A stretch of 64,000 bases of DNA, taken from Betaproteobacteria bacterium. Its GTDB lineage: Bacteria > Pseudomonadota > Gammaproteobacteria > Burkholderiales > Burkholderiaceae_C. Below the pieces are notes generated by a model. It was not told the origin of the DNA. It searched no databases and saw nothing but the letters and a program-made list of their open reading frames with translations. Of the stretch, positions 17,403 to 26,237 are shown in pieces. The first letter of the stretch is position 1. Each line of letters begins with the position of its first letter. The stretch spans positions 16,019 through 80,018 of the forward strand of contig JANYKR010000080.1 of assembly GCA_025358155.1 (NCBI GenBank), read 5' to 3'. The translations under genes and the position numbers were made by a program.

Positions 17403-18731
17403 ATGAAGGTCATCGTTCTCGGCGCCGGCATCATCGGCATCTCCACCGCCTGGCATCTGCAGAACGAGGGCCATGAGGTCACGCTGATCGACCGCCAGCC
17501 CGAGGCCGCGCGGGAGACCAGCGCGGCCAATGGCGCGCAGATCTCGGTCAGTTTTTGCGAGCCCTGGGCCAACGCCGGCGCACCGTTCAAGGTGGCGAAA
17601 TGGCTGCTGCGCGACGACTCGCCACTGCTGTTCCGGCCCCGCCTCGACCCGCACCAGTGGCGCTGGGGGCTGTCGTTCCTGGGCCAGTGCAACGACGCGG
17701 CGTTTGAGCGCAACGTGCGTCAACTGGTGTCCTTGGGCCGCTACAGCCATGAGTCGCTCAAGCGCGTGGTGGCCGCCACCGGCATCGAGTACCAGCGGCT
17801 GGAACGCGGCATCCTGCATTTTTTCTCGTCGCAGGCCGACTTTGACGCGGGCGCGGCGGGCGCTGAACTGATGCGCCGCTACGGCGTTGACCGGCGGGTG
17901 CTGAACCGCGCCGAGGTGCTGAAGATCGAACCGGCGCTGGCGGCGTTTGGCCGCAACATCCATGGCGGCACCTTCACGCCCAGCGACGAGTCGGGTGACG
18001 CCCAGGTCTTCACCCAGAAACTGGCGGCGCTGTGCCAGGCCCGTGGCGCCACTTTCTTGTTCAACACCGCCGTGGACGGCCTGGACCGGGACGCCAGCAG
18101 CATCACCGGCGTGCGGGTGCGCAACCTGCAGACCGGACAAACCAGCACGCTGGTGGCCGACCAGTACGTGGCGGCGATGGGCTCGTACACCGCGCCGCTG
18201 CTGCGGCCCTTGGGCATTTTTCTCAACATCTACCCGGCCAAGGGCTACTCGGCCACGCTGCGCCTGTTGCGCCCGCAGCATGCCAGTGTCGTCAGCCTGC
18301 TCGACGACACCCGCAAGATCGCGATCAGCCGGCTGGGCGACAAGATCCGCATCGCCGGCACCGCCGAGCTGGCCGGCTACGACACCTCGCTGGCGGGCGC
18401 CACCGCCCAGAAGCGCTGCGCTGCGCTGGTGCAGCGCTACGAGGCGCTGTTCCCGGGGGTGGCCGACACCCGCGAGCCCAACTACTGGACCGGCCTGCGG
18501 CCCAGCACGCCCACCAACATCCCGGTGATCGGCCGCAGCCGGCTGCCCAATTTGTGGCTCAACGCCGGCCACGGCACGCTGGGCTGGACCCACGGCGCGG
18601 GCTCGGGCCAGGCCCTGGCCGAGTTGATCAGCGGCAAACGCCCGGGCCTGACTTTCGGCTTTTGCGGCGCTGCGTTGCCGACCGCGAGGCCCTTTGCTGC
18701 GGCTGCGCCGGTCAAGCCGGCGCGGGGCTGA
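17403..18731 (+). CDS. dadA: D-amino acid dehydrogenase
   Basis: VLGAGIIG, ETSAANG, IYPAKGYS, WTGLRP, NAGHGTLGWT. AGGAG RBS before ATG 17403. Confidence 0.9.
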   Translation: MKVIVLGAGIIGISTAWHLQNEGHEVTLIDRQPEAARETSAANGAQISVSFCEPWANAGAPFKVAKWLLRDDSPLLFRPRLDPHQWRWGLSFLGQCNDAAFERNVRQLVSLGRYSHESLKRVVAATGIEYQRLERGILHFFSSQADFDAGAAGAELMRRYGVDRRVLNRAEVLKIEPALAAFGRNIHGGTFTPSDESGDAQVFTQKLAALCQARGATFLFNTAVDGLDRDASSITGVRVRNLQTGQTSTLVADQYVAAMGSYTAPLLRPLGIFLNIYPAKGYSATLRLLRPQHASVVSLLDDTRKIAISRLGDKIRIAGTAELAGYDTSLAGATAQKRCAALVQRYEALFPGVADTREPNYWTGLRPSTPTNIPVIGRSRLPNLWLNAGHGTLGWTHGAGSGQALAELISGKRPGLTFGFCGAALPTARPFAAAAPVKPARG

Positions 18732-18737
18732 GCGCCG

Positions 18738-20483
18738 TCAATGCAACAGCGGGGCGCCGCCCCGATACTCGGCCGGCGTACTGACCGGCATCGGCGGCCG
18801 GGCCTGCCAACGGGCGACCCAATCGCAAAAGTCATCCACCGGCAGCGGCTGGCTCATGTGGAAGCCCTGGCCTTCGTCGCAGTGCAGGGTGTGCAGCAAG
18901 GCCAGCACGGCCTCGTTCTCGATGCCCTCGGCCACTGCCGTCAGGCCCAGGTTGTGCGCCAGGTCGATGGTCGAGCGCACGATCTTGGCGTCATCCGCAT
19001 CGGCTTGCATCGCCATCACGAAGCGCTGGTCGATCTTGAGCTCTGCCACCGGCAGCCGCTTAAGGTAGGCCAGTGACGAGTAGCCGGTGCCAAAGTCATC
19101 GATCGACAGGGTGTAGCCGCGATCGGCCAGGCGCTTGAGCATGGCCTCGGCGCGTGGCGGGTCTTCCAGGATCGCGCGCTCGGTGATCTCCAGACAGAAG
19201 CCGTCGGCCACGGCCTGGTGCCGACGCAAGATGACGTCGAGCTTGTCGGGCAGGTCCCGGTCCAGCAGGTCGCGGCCCGACAGGTTGACCGAGACCCGGC
19301 GCACGCCCAGCATGGCGAGCGCCACCTGCTCGTTGGCAACCTGCTCAAACATCCACAGCGTGAGTTGGCGGATGAAACTGGTCTGCTCGGCAAACGGGAT
19401 GAACTGCAGCGGCGCCAGCAGGCCGCGCTCGGGGTGCTGCCAGCGCACCAGCGCCTCGGCGCCGCAAACCCCGCCGGTGGTGATGTCGATCTTGGGCTGC
19501 AGGTAAAGCCGCAGTTCACCGCGCTCCAGCGCCCGCCGCAGCTCGCTCAACAGCGCCAGGTTGAATGCGCTGCAGGCATCTGCCGCCGGGTCGTAAACCT
19601 GGGCACCCGCCGTGCCGCGCTTGGCGGCCCGCATCGCCGTCTCGGCGCAGCCCAGCAAGGTGTCGGCATCGCTGGCGTGCAGCGGACAGCCCGCCAGCCC
19701 CAGGCCGGCGCTGAGGTCCACGGTGTGGTCGTCGATCGCCAGCGGCAGCTCGAAGGCGGTGCTGATGCGCTGGGCCAGGGCCTTGGCCGTGGCGATGTCG
19801 GCGCCCGGCATCAGCAGCGCAAACTCGTCGCCCCCCAGCCGGGCCAGGCTGTCGCCCTCACGCACCACTTGCTGCAGGCGCTGGGCCACACGCGCCAGCA
19901 AGCGGTCTCCAAAGGCATGGCCCAGCACACCGTTGACATGCTTGAAACGGTCCAGATCGAGCATCAACACCACCAGCGGCTGGCCGCTGCGCTCGCTCTC
20001 CTGGATGGCACGCTGCAGCTCCGTGGTGAACTGCAGCCGATTGGGCAAGCCGGTGAGCCGGTCACGGTAGGCAAGCTGGCGGATCTGCTGCTGCTGCGCG
20101 GCCACGCCGAGCCGCATCTGCTCAAACGCGCGCGCCAGCTCGCCGACCGCGTCGCTGCGGCCGGTGTGCAGCACGGGCGGCTCAAAGTCGCCCTGGCCGA
20201 GCCGCTCGCTGGCTTGGGCCAGCTGGCGCAAGGGCTGGGTCAGCTGACGTGCGGCCCACAGTTCGGCCCACCAGCTGGCAGCGCCAAAAAGCAACAGGCC
20301 CAGCGCGCCGCTCAGCGCCGCCACGACCGGTTGGGCATCGGGGGCGATGGTTTGCTGGATCAGCACAAAGCCCGCGCCCTGCGCCGCCAGCAGCACCGGC
20401 AGCCCGAGCAGCAGCAAGCGGCTCGGCTGCCGCCAGCCCTGCGGGGCCAGGGGCAGCGGTGCTGCAACAGGGTGAGATGGCAT
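18738..20483 (-). CDS. Membrane HAMP-GGDEF-EAL c-di-GMP enzyme
   Basis: Two TM helices, HAMP, DRLTGLPNR, GGDEF, EAL, DDFGTGYSSL. Start uncertain (20483 or 20537). Confidence 0.9.
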   Translation of the reverse strand: MPSHPVAAPLPLAPQGWRQPSRLLLLGLPVLLAAQGAGFVLIQQTIAPDAQPVVAALSGALGLLLFGAASWWAELWAARQLTQPLRQLAQASERLGQGDFEPPVLHTGRSDAVGELARAFEQMRLGVAAQQQQIRQLAYRDRLTGLPNRLQFTTELQRAIQESERSGQPLVVLMLDLDRFKHVNGVLGHAFGDRLLARVAQRLQQVVREGDSLARLGGDEFALLMPGADIATAKALAQRISTAFELPLAIDDHTVDLSAGLGLAGCPLHASDADTLLGCAETAMRAAKRGTAGAQVYDPAADACSAFNLALLSELRRALERGELRLYLQPKIDITTGGVCGAEALVRWQHPERGLLAPLQFIPFAEQTSFIRQLTLWMFEQVANEQVALAMLGVRRVSVNLSGRDLLDRDLPDKLDVILRRHQAVADGFCLEITERAILEDPPRAEAMLKRLADRGYTLSIDDFGTGYSSLAYLKRLPVAELKIDQRFVMAMQADADDAKIVRSTIDLAHNLGLTAVAEGIENEAVLALLHTLHCDEGQGFHMSQPLPVDDFCDWVARWQARPPMPVSTPAEYRGGAPLLH

Positions 20484-20661
20484 GGGTGGAGCGACGCGGC
20501 GCTGGGGTGGACGGGGGATCGGGAGAACCGGCAACAAGCCCGCAAGGCACGGGCTGATTCCTTCCCACTATCGGCCGGGCCGACCGTTGACTTGAGCCTC
20601 GGCAGCGCTGCGGTGCCGCCGTCACTGCCTGACCGCCGCCGCGGTGCGTGATCCGTTGGCC

Positions 20662-20700
20662 GACTCAATCGGCTGACTCAATCAGCGGACTCAATCGGCC
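20662..20700. repeat. 13-bp tandem repeat GACTCAATCnGCn x3, including the mnmA stop codon
   Basis: GACTCAATC at 20662, 20675 and 20688. Confidence 0.85.
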
Positions 20701-21884
20701 GATGCGATCACGCCGCCGCCCAGGCAGACCTCACCGTCGTACAGCACCGCCGACTGCCCAGGCGTCACCGCCCACTGCGGCGCCTCAAAGGCCAGCGCAA
20801 ACTCGCCCGCTGCCGTGCCCGGGCTCGCCACCCCCGCCTGGCCAGGCTGACCTGCTGACGCCGCCTCAAAACCGCAGCCGGCGTCTGCCTGGCGGTAGCG
20901 TGTCTTGGCGGCCAGCCGGCCCGGCTGCGGGGCCACGCCCGCAACCCAGCTGGCATCGTCGAACCGCAGCCGGCTGGACTGCAGCCACGGGTGGGCATGG
21001 CCTTGCACCACCACCAGCGCATTGCGCGCCTTGTCCTTGCGCGCCACGAACCAGGGGGCATGATCCCCCGCACCCCGCGCCGCGCCGCGTGCCTTGACTC
21101 CGCCAATGCCCAGGCCCTGACGCTGGCCCAGCGTGTAAAAGCTCAGCCCCAGGTGCTGGCCCAGCGTGCGGCCCCGCTCATCCACGATCGGCCCGGGCTG
21201 GTGGCTCAGGTAGCGGTTGAGAAACTCGCGGAACGGCCGCTCACCGATGAAGCAAATGCCGGTCGAGTCTTTTTTCCTCGCGTTGGGCAGGCCGATCTCG
21301 GCGGCCAGGCGGCGCACTTCGGTCTTGGGCATCTCGCCGATCGGAAACCAGGTCTTGCTCAGTTGCGCCTGCGTCAGCCGGTGCAAGAAGTAGCTCTGGT
21401 CCTTGAGCGGGTCCAGGCCCTTGAGCAATTCAAACCGGGTATCGCCGACGGCCGCCGGGTCGGCCAGCCCGCGCACCCGGGCGTAGTGGCCGGTGGCGAT
21501 CTTCTCGGCACCCAGCCGCAGCGCATGGTCCAGAAAGGCCTTGAACTTGATCTCGGCGTTGCACAGCACGTCGGGGTTGGGCGTGCGGCCGGCCTCGTAC
21601 TCGCGCAAGAACTCGGCAAACACCCGGTCGCGGTAGTCGGCGGCAAAGTTGACATGCTCGATCTCGATGCCGATCACGTCGGCCACGGCGGCGGCATCCA
21701 CAAAGTCGATGCTCGACGAGCAGTAGGCGCTGTCGGCGTCGCCCGACCCAGCGGATCGGTCGTCATCTTCCCAGTTTTTCATGAAGATGCCGACCACCTC
21801 ATGGCCCTGCTGCTTGAGCAGCCAGGCGGTGACGGCAGAGTCAACGCCGCCGGACAGGCCGACGACCACGCGGGCGGGTTTCAT
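20691..21884 (-). CDS. mnmA: tRNA 2-thiouridylase MnmA
   Basis: [56 protein letters not shown]. Confidence 0.98.
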   Translation of the reverse strand: MKPARVVVGLSGGVDSAVTAWLLKQQGHEVVGIFMKNWEDDDRSAGSGDADSAYCSSSIDFVDAAAVADVIGIEIEHVNFAADYRDRVFAEFLREYEAGRTPNPDVLCNAEIKFKAFLDHALRLGAEKIATGHYARVRGLADPAAVGDTRFELLKGLDPLKDQSYFLHRLTQAQLSKTWFPIGEMPKTEVRRLAAEIGLPNARKKDSTGICFIGERPFREFLNRYLSHQPGPIVDERGRTLGQHLGLSFYTLGQRQGLGIGGVKARGAARGAGDHAPWFVARKDKARNALVVVQGHAHPWLQSSRLRFDDASWVAGVAPQPGRLAAKTRYRQADAGCGFEAASAGQPGQAGVASPGTAAGEFALAFEAPQWAVTPGQSAVLYDGEVCLGGGVIASAD

Positions 21885-22075
21885 GGCGCCAATTGTCTGT
21901 GCTGCGCCGCACTGGCGCAGGCCTGGTGCCGACGGCTGCGATCCAGGCAGGGTTGGGTCGTCGACTTGGGGGGGTGCGAGCCCAATTCACCCGGCGTGGC
22001 ATCAACAATGTTGAGGGCGCTGTCGATGGCCGAATCGGCAAAGCTACGCGCCAACCAAAAATGGAGCGCTGCCGG

Positions 22076-25000
22076 ATGACGAATGCCGCCACAAACGGGT
22101 CAACGCCGCCGTCCAAGCCGTCAATCTGGCCGACACAAGGCCTCGAAGCCCTGGTTGAGCGCTTCCCGCACATCGACGCTGACAGCACCTGCGTCCCACC
22201 GACCGCCTGCGACCTGGACCTGGTCATTGTCGGCAGTGGCTACGGCGCCGCAGTTGCCGCCCATGAGTTTGCCGGCTGCCGGCCGGTTGACCTGCCTGGC
22301 GGCCCGCCGCTGTCGATCGGCCTGCTGGAACGCGGCGACGAGTACCCGCGCGGCAGCTTTCCGTCGCGCCTGGCCGACCTGGCGGGCCATGTCCGCTTCA
22401 GCAGCGAGGCCCAAGCCGCGCCGCGTGGCAAACGCGGCGGCCTGTTTGACCTGCGGGTGGGTGGCGACGTGATGGCGCTGGTGGCCAACGGCGTAGGCGG
22501 CGGCTCGCTGATCAATGCGGGCGTGATGCTGGAGCCTCGCCCCCAGGTCTGGCAAGGTTCGCAGTGGCCGCAGGCCTTGCGCACGGCGCCCGACCTGGCG
22601 GCGCACTTTGACGCGGTTCGGCCCTGGCTGGGCGCGGGCACATCTGCCTCACCCAACACCGTAGACGGCACGCCGCTGGCCGGGCTGCGCAAAACAGCGC
22701 TGCTGCGTCGCTTGGGTGGCAAAGCCAGCCAGTCCGTGCCCATCACCGTGGCCTTGAAGGCCGGCACCCAGACGGTGGCCGGTGTACCGCTCGAGGCTTG
22801 CATTGGCTGTGGCGACTGCGCCACGGGCTGTAACCACGGCGCCAAGATCTCGCTCGACATCGGCTTGCTGGCGCAAGCGCGCCAGACCGAAGGCGTGGCG
22901 CTCTACACCGGCGCTACCGTGCTGTGGCTTGAACCGCTCGCCGACGGGGCCGGCTGGGCGGTGTGGTTGCAGCACACCGATGACAAGTTGCGGCTGCGCC
23001 AAGGCCGGCCTTTCCGTTTGCGGGCCAAACGGGTGGTGCTGGCGGCCGGCACCTTGGGCTCGACCGAAATCTTGCTGCGCTCACGCCAGCACGGGCTGGC
23101 GCTGTCACCGATGCTGGGCCGGCGTTTTTCGACCAACGGCGACCTGATCGCCTCGCTGCACGGCATGACGCCGGTGGTCAATGCCGTGGCCGACCCAGAC
23201 CGGCCTGCCGACCAGCGCCAAGTGGGGCCCACCATCACCGCGATGATCGACCAGCGCAGCGACAGCGGCGGCTTTGTCGTTCAGGACCTGGCCGTGCCGG
23301 GGCCGATGCGGCAAGCGTTTGCCGAGCTGTTCACCACGGCCCAGGTTCTGCATGCACTGCCTGACCCCGACCTCAAGCCGCACCGGGCCGATGACCGCGA
23401 CGGCTGCGCAGTGGACGACGCAGTGATCGGCCGGTCACTGCCGGTGGCGATGATTGGCCATGACGACGCCAGCGGCCGGCTTGAACTGCTGACGGCGCAA
23501 ACCGGAGCCTCGCCGCTCGGGCCTGGCGTCAACAACGACTCCGGCTCATGGGCTGAGGGCGACGGCGCGCTGCGCATCGTCTGGCCCGGGCTGAAGGACG
23601 ACCCGCGCTGGACCGACCAGCACACCCGCCTGACCACCTTGCTTGACCGCAGCGAACAAGGCGGCCGCTTGCTGCCCAACCCGGTGTGGCAGTTGCTGCC
23701 TGCCACGCTGCAGGCCAGCTTGAAGGTGCCGCACGGGCCGCTCTTCACCGTGCATCCGCTGGGCGGCTGCGCCATGGGCGACGACTGGACCCACGGTGTG
23801 GTGGACGATCTGGGCCGGGTGTTTGCGCCGCCTGCACCCGCTGGTCAGGCCGCAAGCGCCCACCACAGCGGCCTGGTCGTGCTGGACGGGTCGATCATGC
23901 CCAGCTCGCTGGGTGTGAACCCGGCGCTGACCATCGCCGCCCTGGCCCACCGTGCGGCGCAAGGCCTGCGCCAGGCCTGGGCGCTGGGCGATCCCCGGCC
24001 CAACCTGGCCGATGCCGGGCCGCGTCCGGTGTTTCGCGCCGTGGCGCCCGGCCAGCCCGCCGCTCCAGCCCAAACCACTCGCATCGAGCTGATGGAGCGG
24101 CTGCGTGGCACCACCCGCCTGGTTGGCGGCAGCCAGGCTTGGGTCGAGCTGACCCTTTACTCCCAAGCCACCGAATTGCGCAGCCTGATGCAGCCGGCGC
24201 CTGATCGAACCCTGCTGCTCGACGCCCGCCGCAGCCGCTTGCGGGTGTTTGTCGGCGAGCCGACACCGTGGTCCGATGAGCCCAAACCAGAGCAGGTATT
24301 GCTCAGCACCCGCCTGAGCGGCGGCCTGACCATTTTTCAGCGGGAGCCTGCAGGCCAGTTGCTGCGGACCTGGCGCACTGCGGGGGCCGGTTTGGCCTGG
24401 CTTGTCAACCGCGGCGTGAGAGATGGTGTTCAAGCCATCGACGACTGGGTTCACAACCGACCTTCCAGCTTTACCGGCAGTGGCCTGCTGGCCCTGGCCG
24501 GCCGGGCAGGTGCAGTCCGCCGGCTTGACTACCGGCTGACCACCCTCGGCGCGCAAGGGCCACTGGCGTGCCTGTTCCCCGATGGCACGCCGTTGACGGG
24601 CGTGAAGCGGCTGCACTACGGTCTGGCCACCAGCCCGGTGCAGCAATTGATGGACATGCGCCTGACCCAATGCCCGGGCCTGGCCTGGGGCGAAGCGCCG
24701 CTGCTGTCCTTGCACCTGCCGTTTCTGGCGGCGCAAGGCGTGCCATTGATGCGCGTGGTCGGCCAGCAAGACCAGCCCAGCGCACTGGCCGACATGGCCG
24801 CCTTTCTGGCCTACCTGGCCCGCATCCTGATTGACGGCCAGCTCTGGGTCTTCCGCAAACCCGACGACACCAGCCCGCGGGCGCCGCAACGCTTGCCCGG
24901 CACCGTGCCCGGTGCACCCGTACCGCGGGTCATCGAGATCGAGGTGACGCGGCGTGCCCCCAGCGAATCCGCCCGCGCGCCAGGCCCTGCCGGCATCACC

Positions 25001-26221
25001 AGCGCCGACGGCCCTGATGGGCAGCCGGTGCACCTGCGCCTGACCCGCTACTGCCCGGCCGATGTGGACAACACCCTGCCGCCAGTGCTGATGGTGCACG
25101 GCTACAGCGCCAGCGGCACCACGTTTGCGCACCCCACACTCAACCCGGGCTTGATGGCCCACCTGACCGGCAAGCACCGGCGCGATGTCTGGGTGCTGGA
25201 CCTGCGGTCGAGCTGCGGCATGCCCAGCGCCGAGCAGGGCTGGGCCTTCGAGGACATGGGCTGCGAGGACATCCCGGTGGCCGTGGCCCAGGTCTGCGAG
25301 GCCACCGGCTTCGAGCAGATCGACATCGTGGCGCACTGCATGGGCGTGGCCATGCTGTTCATGGGCTTGCTGGGTCAAAACAACTTCGACGCCGTCACCC
25401 ACGAGCCCCTGCTGCCACGACTGGGCCGCTTTGAGCGCTTGCGCCATCAGCTCTGGGACCGCGACCTGACCTACTGGCGCGGTGACAGCAACAACGCCGC
25501 GCTGCCGGACAGCACCCAGCCGCAGCCCCGCAGCCGCATCCGCCGGCTGGTGATGTCACAGGTCGGCCCTGCGCTGCTGCTGACGCCAGCCAACATCGCG
25601 CGCTCGTACTTGATGCGCTATGCCCAGCAGTTTCTGCGCGGCGGTCAATACCGCTTCAAGCCCACCGGCGAGCCCGGCCTGGCCGATCAACTGCTGGACC
25701 GGCTGCTGACGGCCATGCCGTACCCACCTGGCGAGTTCGAGCGCGAAAACCCGTTTGGCCTGAGCCTCAAGCGCCTGCCCTGGGTGGGCTCGCGCCACCG
25801 TATCGACGCGCTGTTCGGGCGGGTCTTCAACCTGGCCAACATGGACGACGACACGCTGGACCACATCGACGACTTTTTTGGACCGTTCAGCGTCGACTCG
25901 GTGTCGCAGGTGATGCACTTTGCCCGCTACCGCTTGATCACCGACCGCAGCGGCTTCAACCGCTTTGTCAACCCTGCGTACCTGGCGCAGCGCCTGCGCT
26001 TTCCGATGCTCAGCCTGCACGCCAGCCAAAACGGCCTGGCTGATGCCGCAACCCGGCACCTGATGGAGACCGTGATCAAGCCCAACGTCGGGCCGGGCGG
26101 ATCGTTGGTCAGTGTGATCCTGCCGGGCAAGACCCTGGGCCACCAGGACTCGCTGATCGGCAGCGCCGAGGCTACCGCGCCGGTGCTGCAACGCATCAGC
26201 GACTTTCTGCAGCAAACCTGA
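22076..26221 (+). CDS. GMC (cholesterol-oxidase-like) flavoprotein fused to an unknown middle domain and a C-terminal alpha/beta hydrolase
   Basis: VGSGYG, GVGGGSLINA, CIGCGDCATGC, AAGTLGS, HPLGGC, LGVNPALTI; hydrolase motifs VHGYS, AHCMG and GHQD. GGAG RBS before ATG 22076. Confidence 0.85.
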   Translation: MTNAATNGSTPPSKPSIWPTQGLEALVERFPHIDADSTCVPPTACDLDLVIVGSGYGAAVAAHEFAGCRPVDLPGGPPLSIGLLERGDEYPRGSFPSRLADLAGHVRFSSEAQAAPRGKRGGLFDLRVGGDVMALVANGVGGGSLINAGVMLEPRPQVWQGSQWPQALRTAPDLAAHFDAVRPWLGAGTSASPNTVDGTPLAGLRKTALLRRLGGKASQSVPITVALKAGTQTVAGVPLEACIGCGDCATGCNHGAKISLDIGLLAQARQTEGVALYTGATVLWLEPLADGAGWAVWLQHTDDKLRLRQGRPFRLRAKRVVLAAGTLGSTEILLRSRQHGLALSPMLGRRFSTNGDLIASLHGMTPVVNAVADPDRPADQRQVGPTITAMIDQRSDSGGFVVQDLAVPGPMRQAFAELFTTAQVLHALPDPDLKPHRADDRDGCAVDDAVIGRSLPVAMIGHDDASGRLELLTAQTGASPLGPGVNNDSGSWAEGDGALRIVWPGLKDDPRWTDQHTRLTTLLDRSEQGGRLLPNPVWQLLPATLQASLKVPHGPLFTVHPLGGCAMGDDWTHGVVDDLGRVFAPPAPAGQAASAHHSGLVVLDGSIMPSSLGVNPALTIAALAHRAAQGLRQAWALGDPRPNLADAGPRPVFRAVAPGQPAAPAQTTRIELMERLRGTTRLVGGSQAWVELTLYSQATELRSLMQPAPDRTLLLDARRSRLRVFVGEPTPWSDEPKPEQVLLSTRLSGGLTIFQREPAGQLLRTWRTAGAGLAWLVNRGVRDGVQAIDDWVHNRPSSFTGSGLLALAGRAGAVRRLDYRLTTLGAQGPLACLFPDGTPLTGVKRLHYGLATSPVQQLMDMRLTQCPGLAWGEAPLLSLHLPFLAAQGVPLMRVVGQQDQPSALADMAAFLAYLARILIDGQLWVFRKPDDTSPRAPQRLPGTVPGAPVPRVIEIEVTRRAPSESARAPGPAGITSADGPDGQPVHLRLTRYCPADVDNTLPPVLMVHGYSASGTTFAHPTLNPGLMAHLTGKHRRDVWVLDLRSSCGMPSAEQGWAFEDMGCEDIPVAVAQVCEATGFEQIDIVAHCMGVAMLFMGLLGQNNFDAVTHEPLLPRLGRFERLRHQLWDRDLTYWRGDSNNAALPDSTQPQPRSRIRRLVMSQVGPALLLTPANIARSYLMRYAQQFLRGGQYRFKPTGEPGLADQLLDRLLTAMPYPPGEFERENPFGLSLKRLPWVGSRHRIDALFGRVFNLANMDDDTLDHIDDFFGPFSVDSVSQVMHFARYRLITDRSGFNRFVNPAYLAQRLRFPMLSLHASQNGLADAATRHLMETVIKPNVGPGGSLVSVILPGKTLGHQDSLIGSAEATAPVLQRISDFLQQT

Positions 26222-26237
26222 AGCGAGGTGAAGACCC

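Noticed and set aside
21996-22012. Sigma-54 promoter (TGGCAT-N5-ATGT) upstream of the GMC gene
   Set aside because: The -12 element lacks the conserved GC.
21893-22075. 61-aa N-terminal extension of the GMC fusion
   Set aside because: It abuts the divergent mnmA start and leaves no promoter space; the ATG at 22076 has a GGAG RBS.
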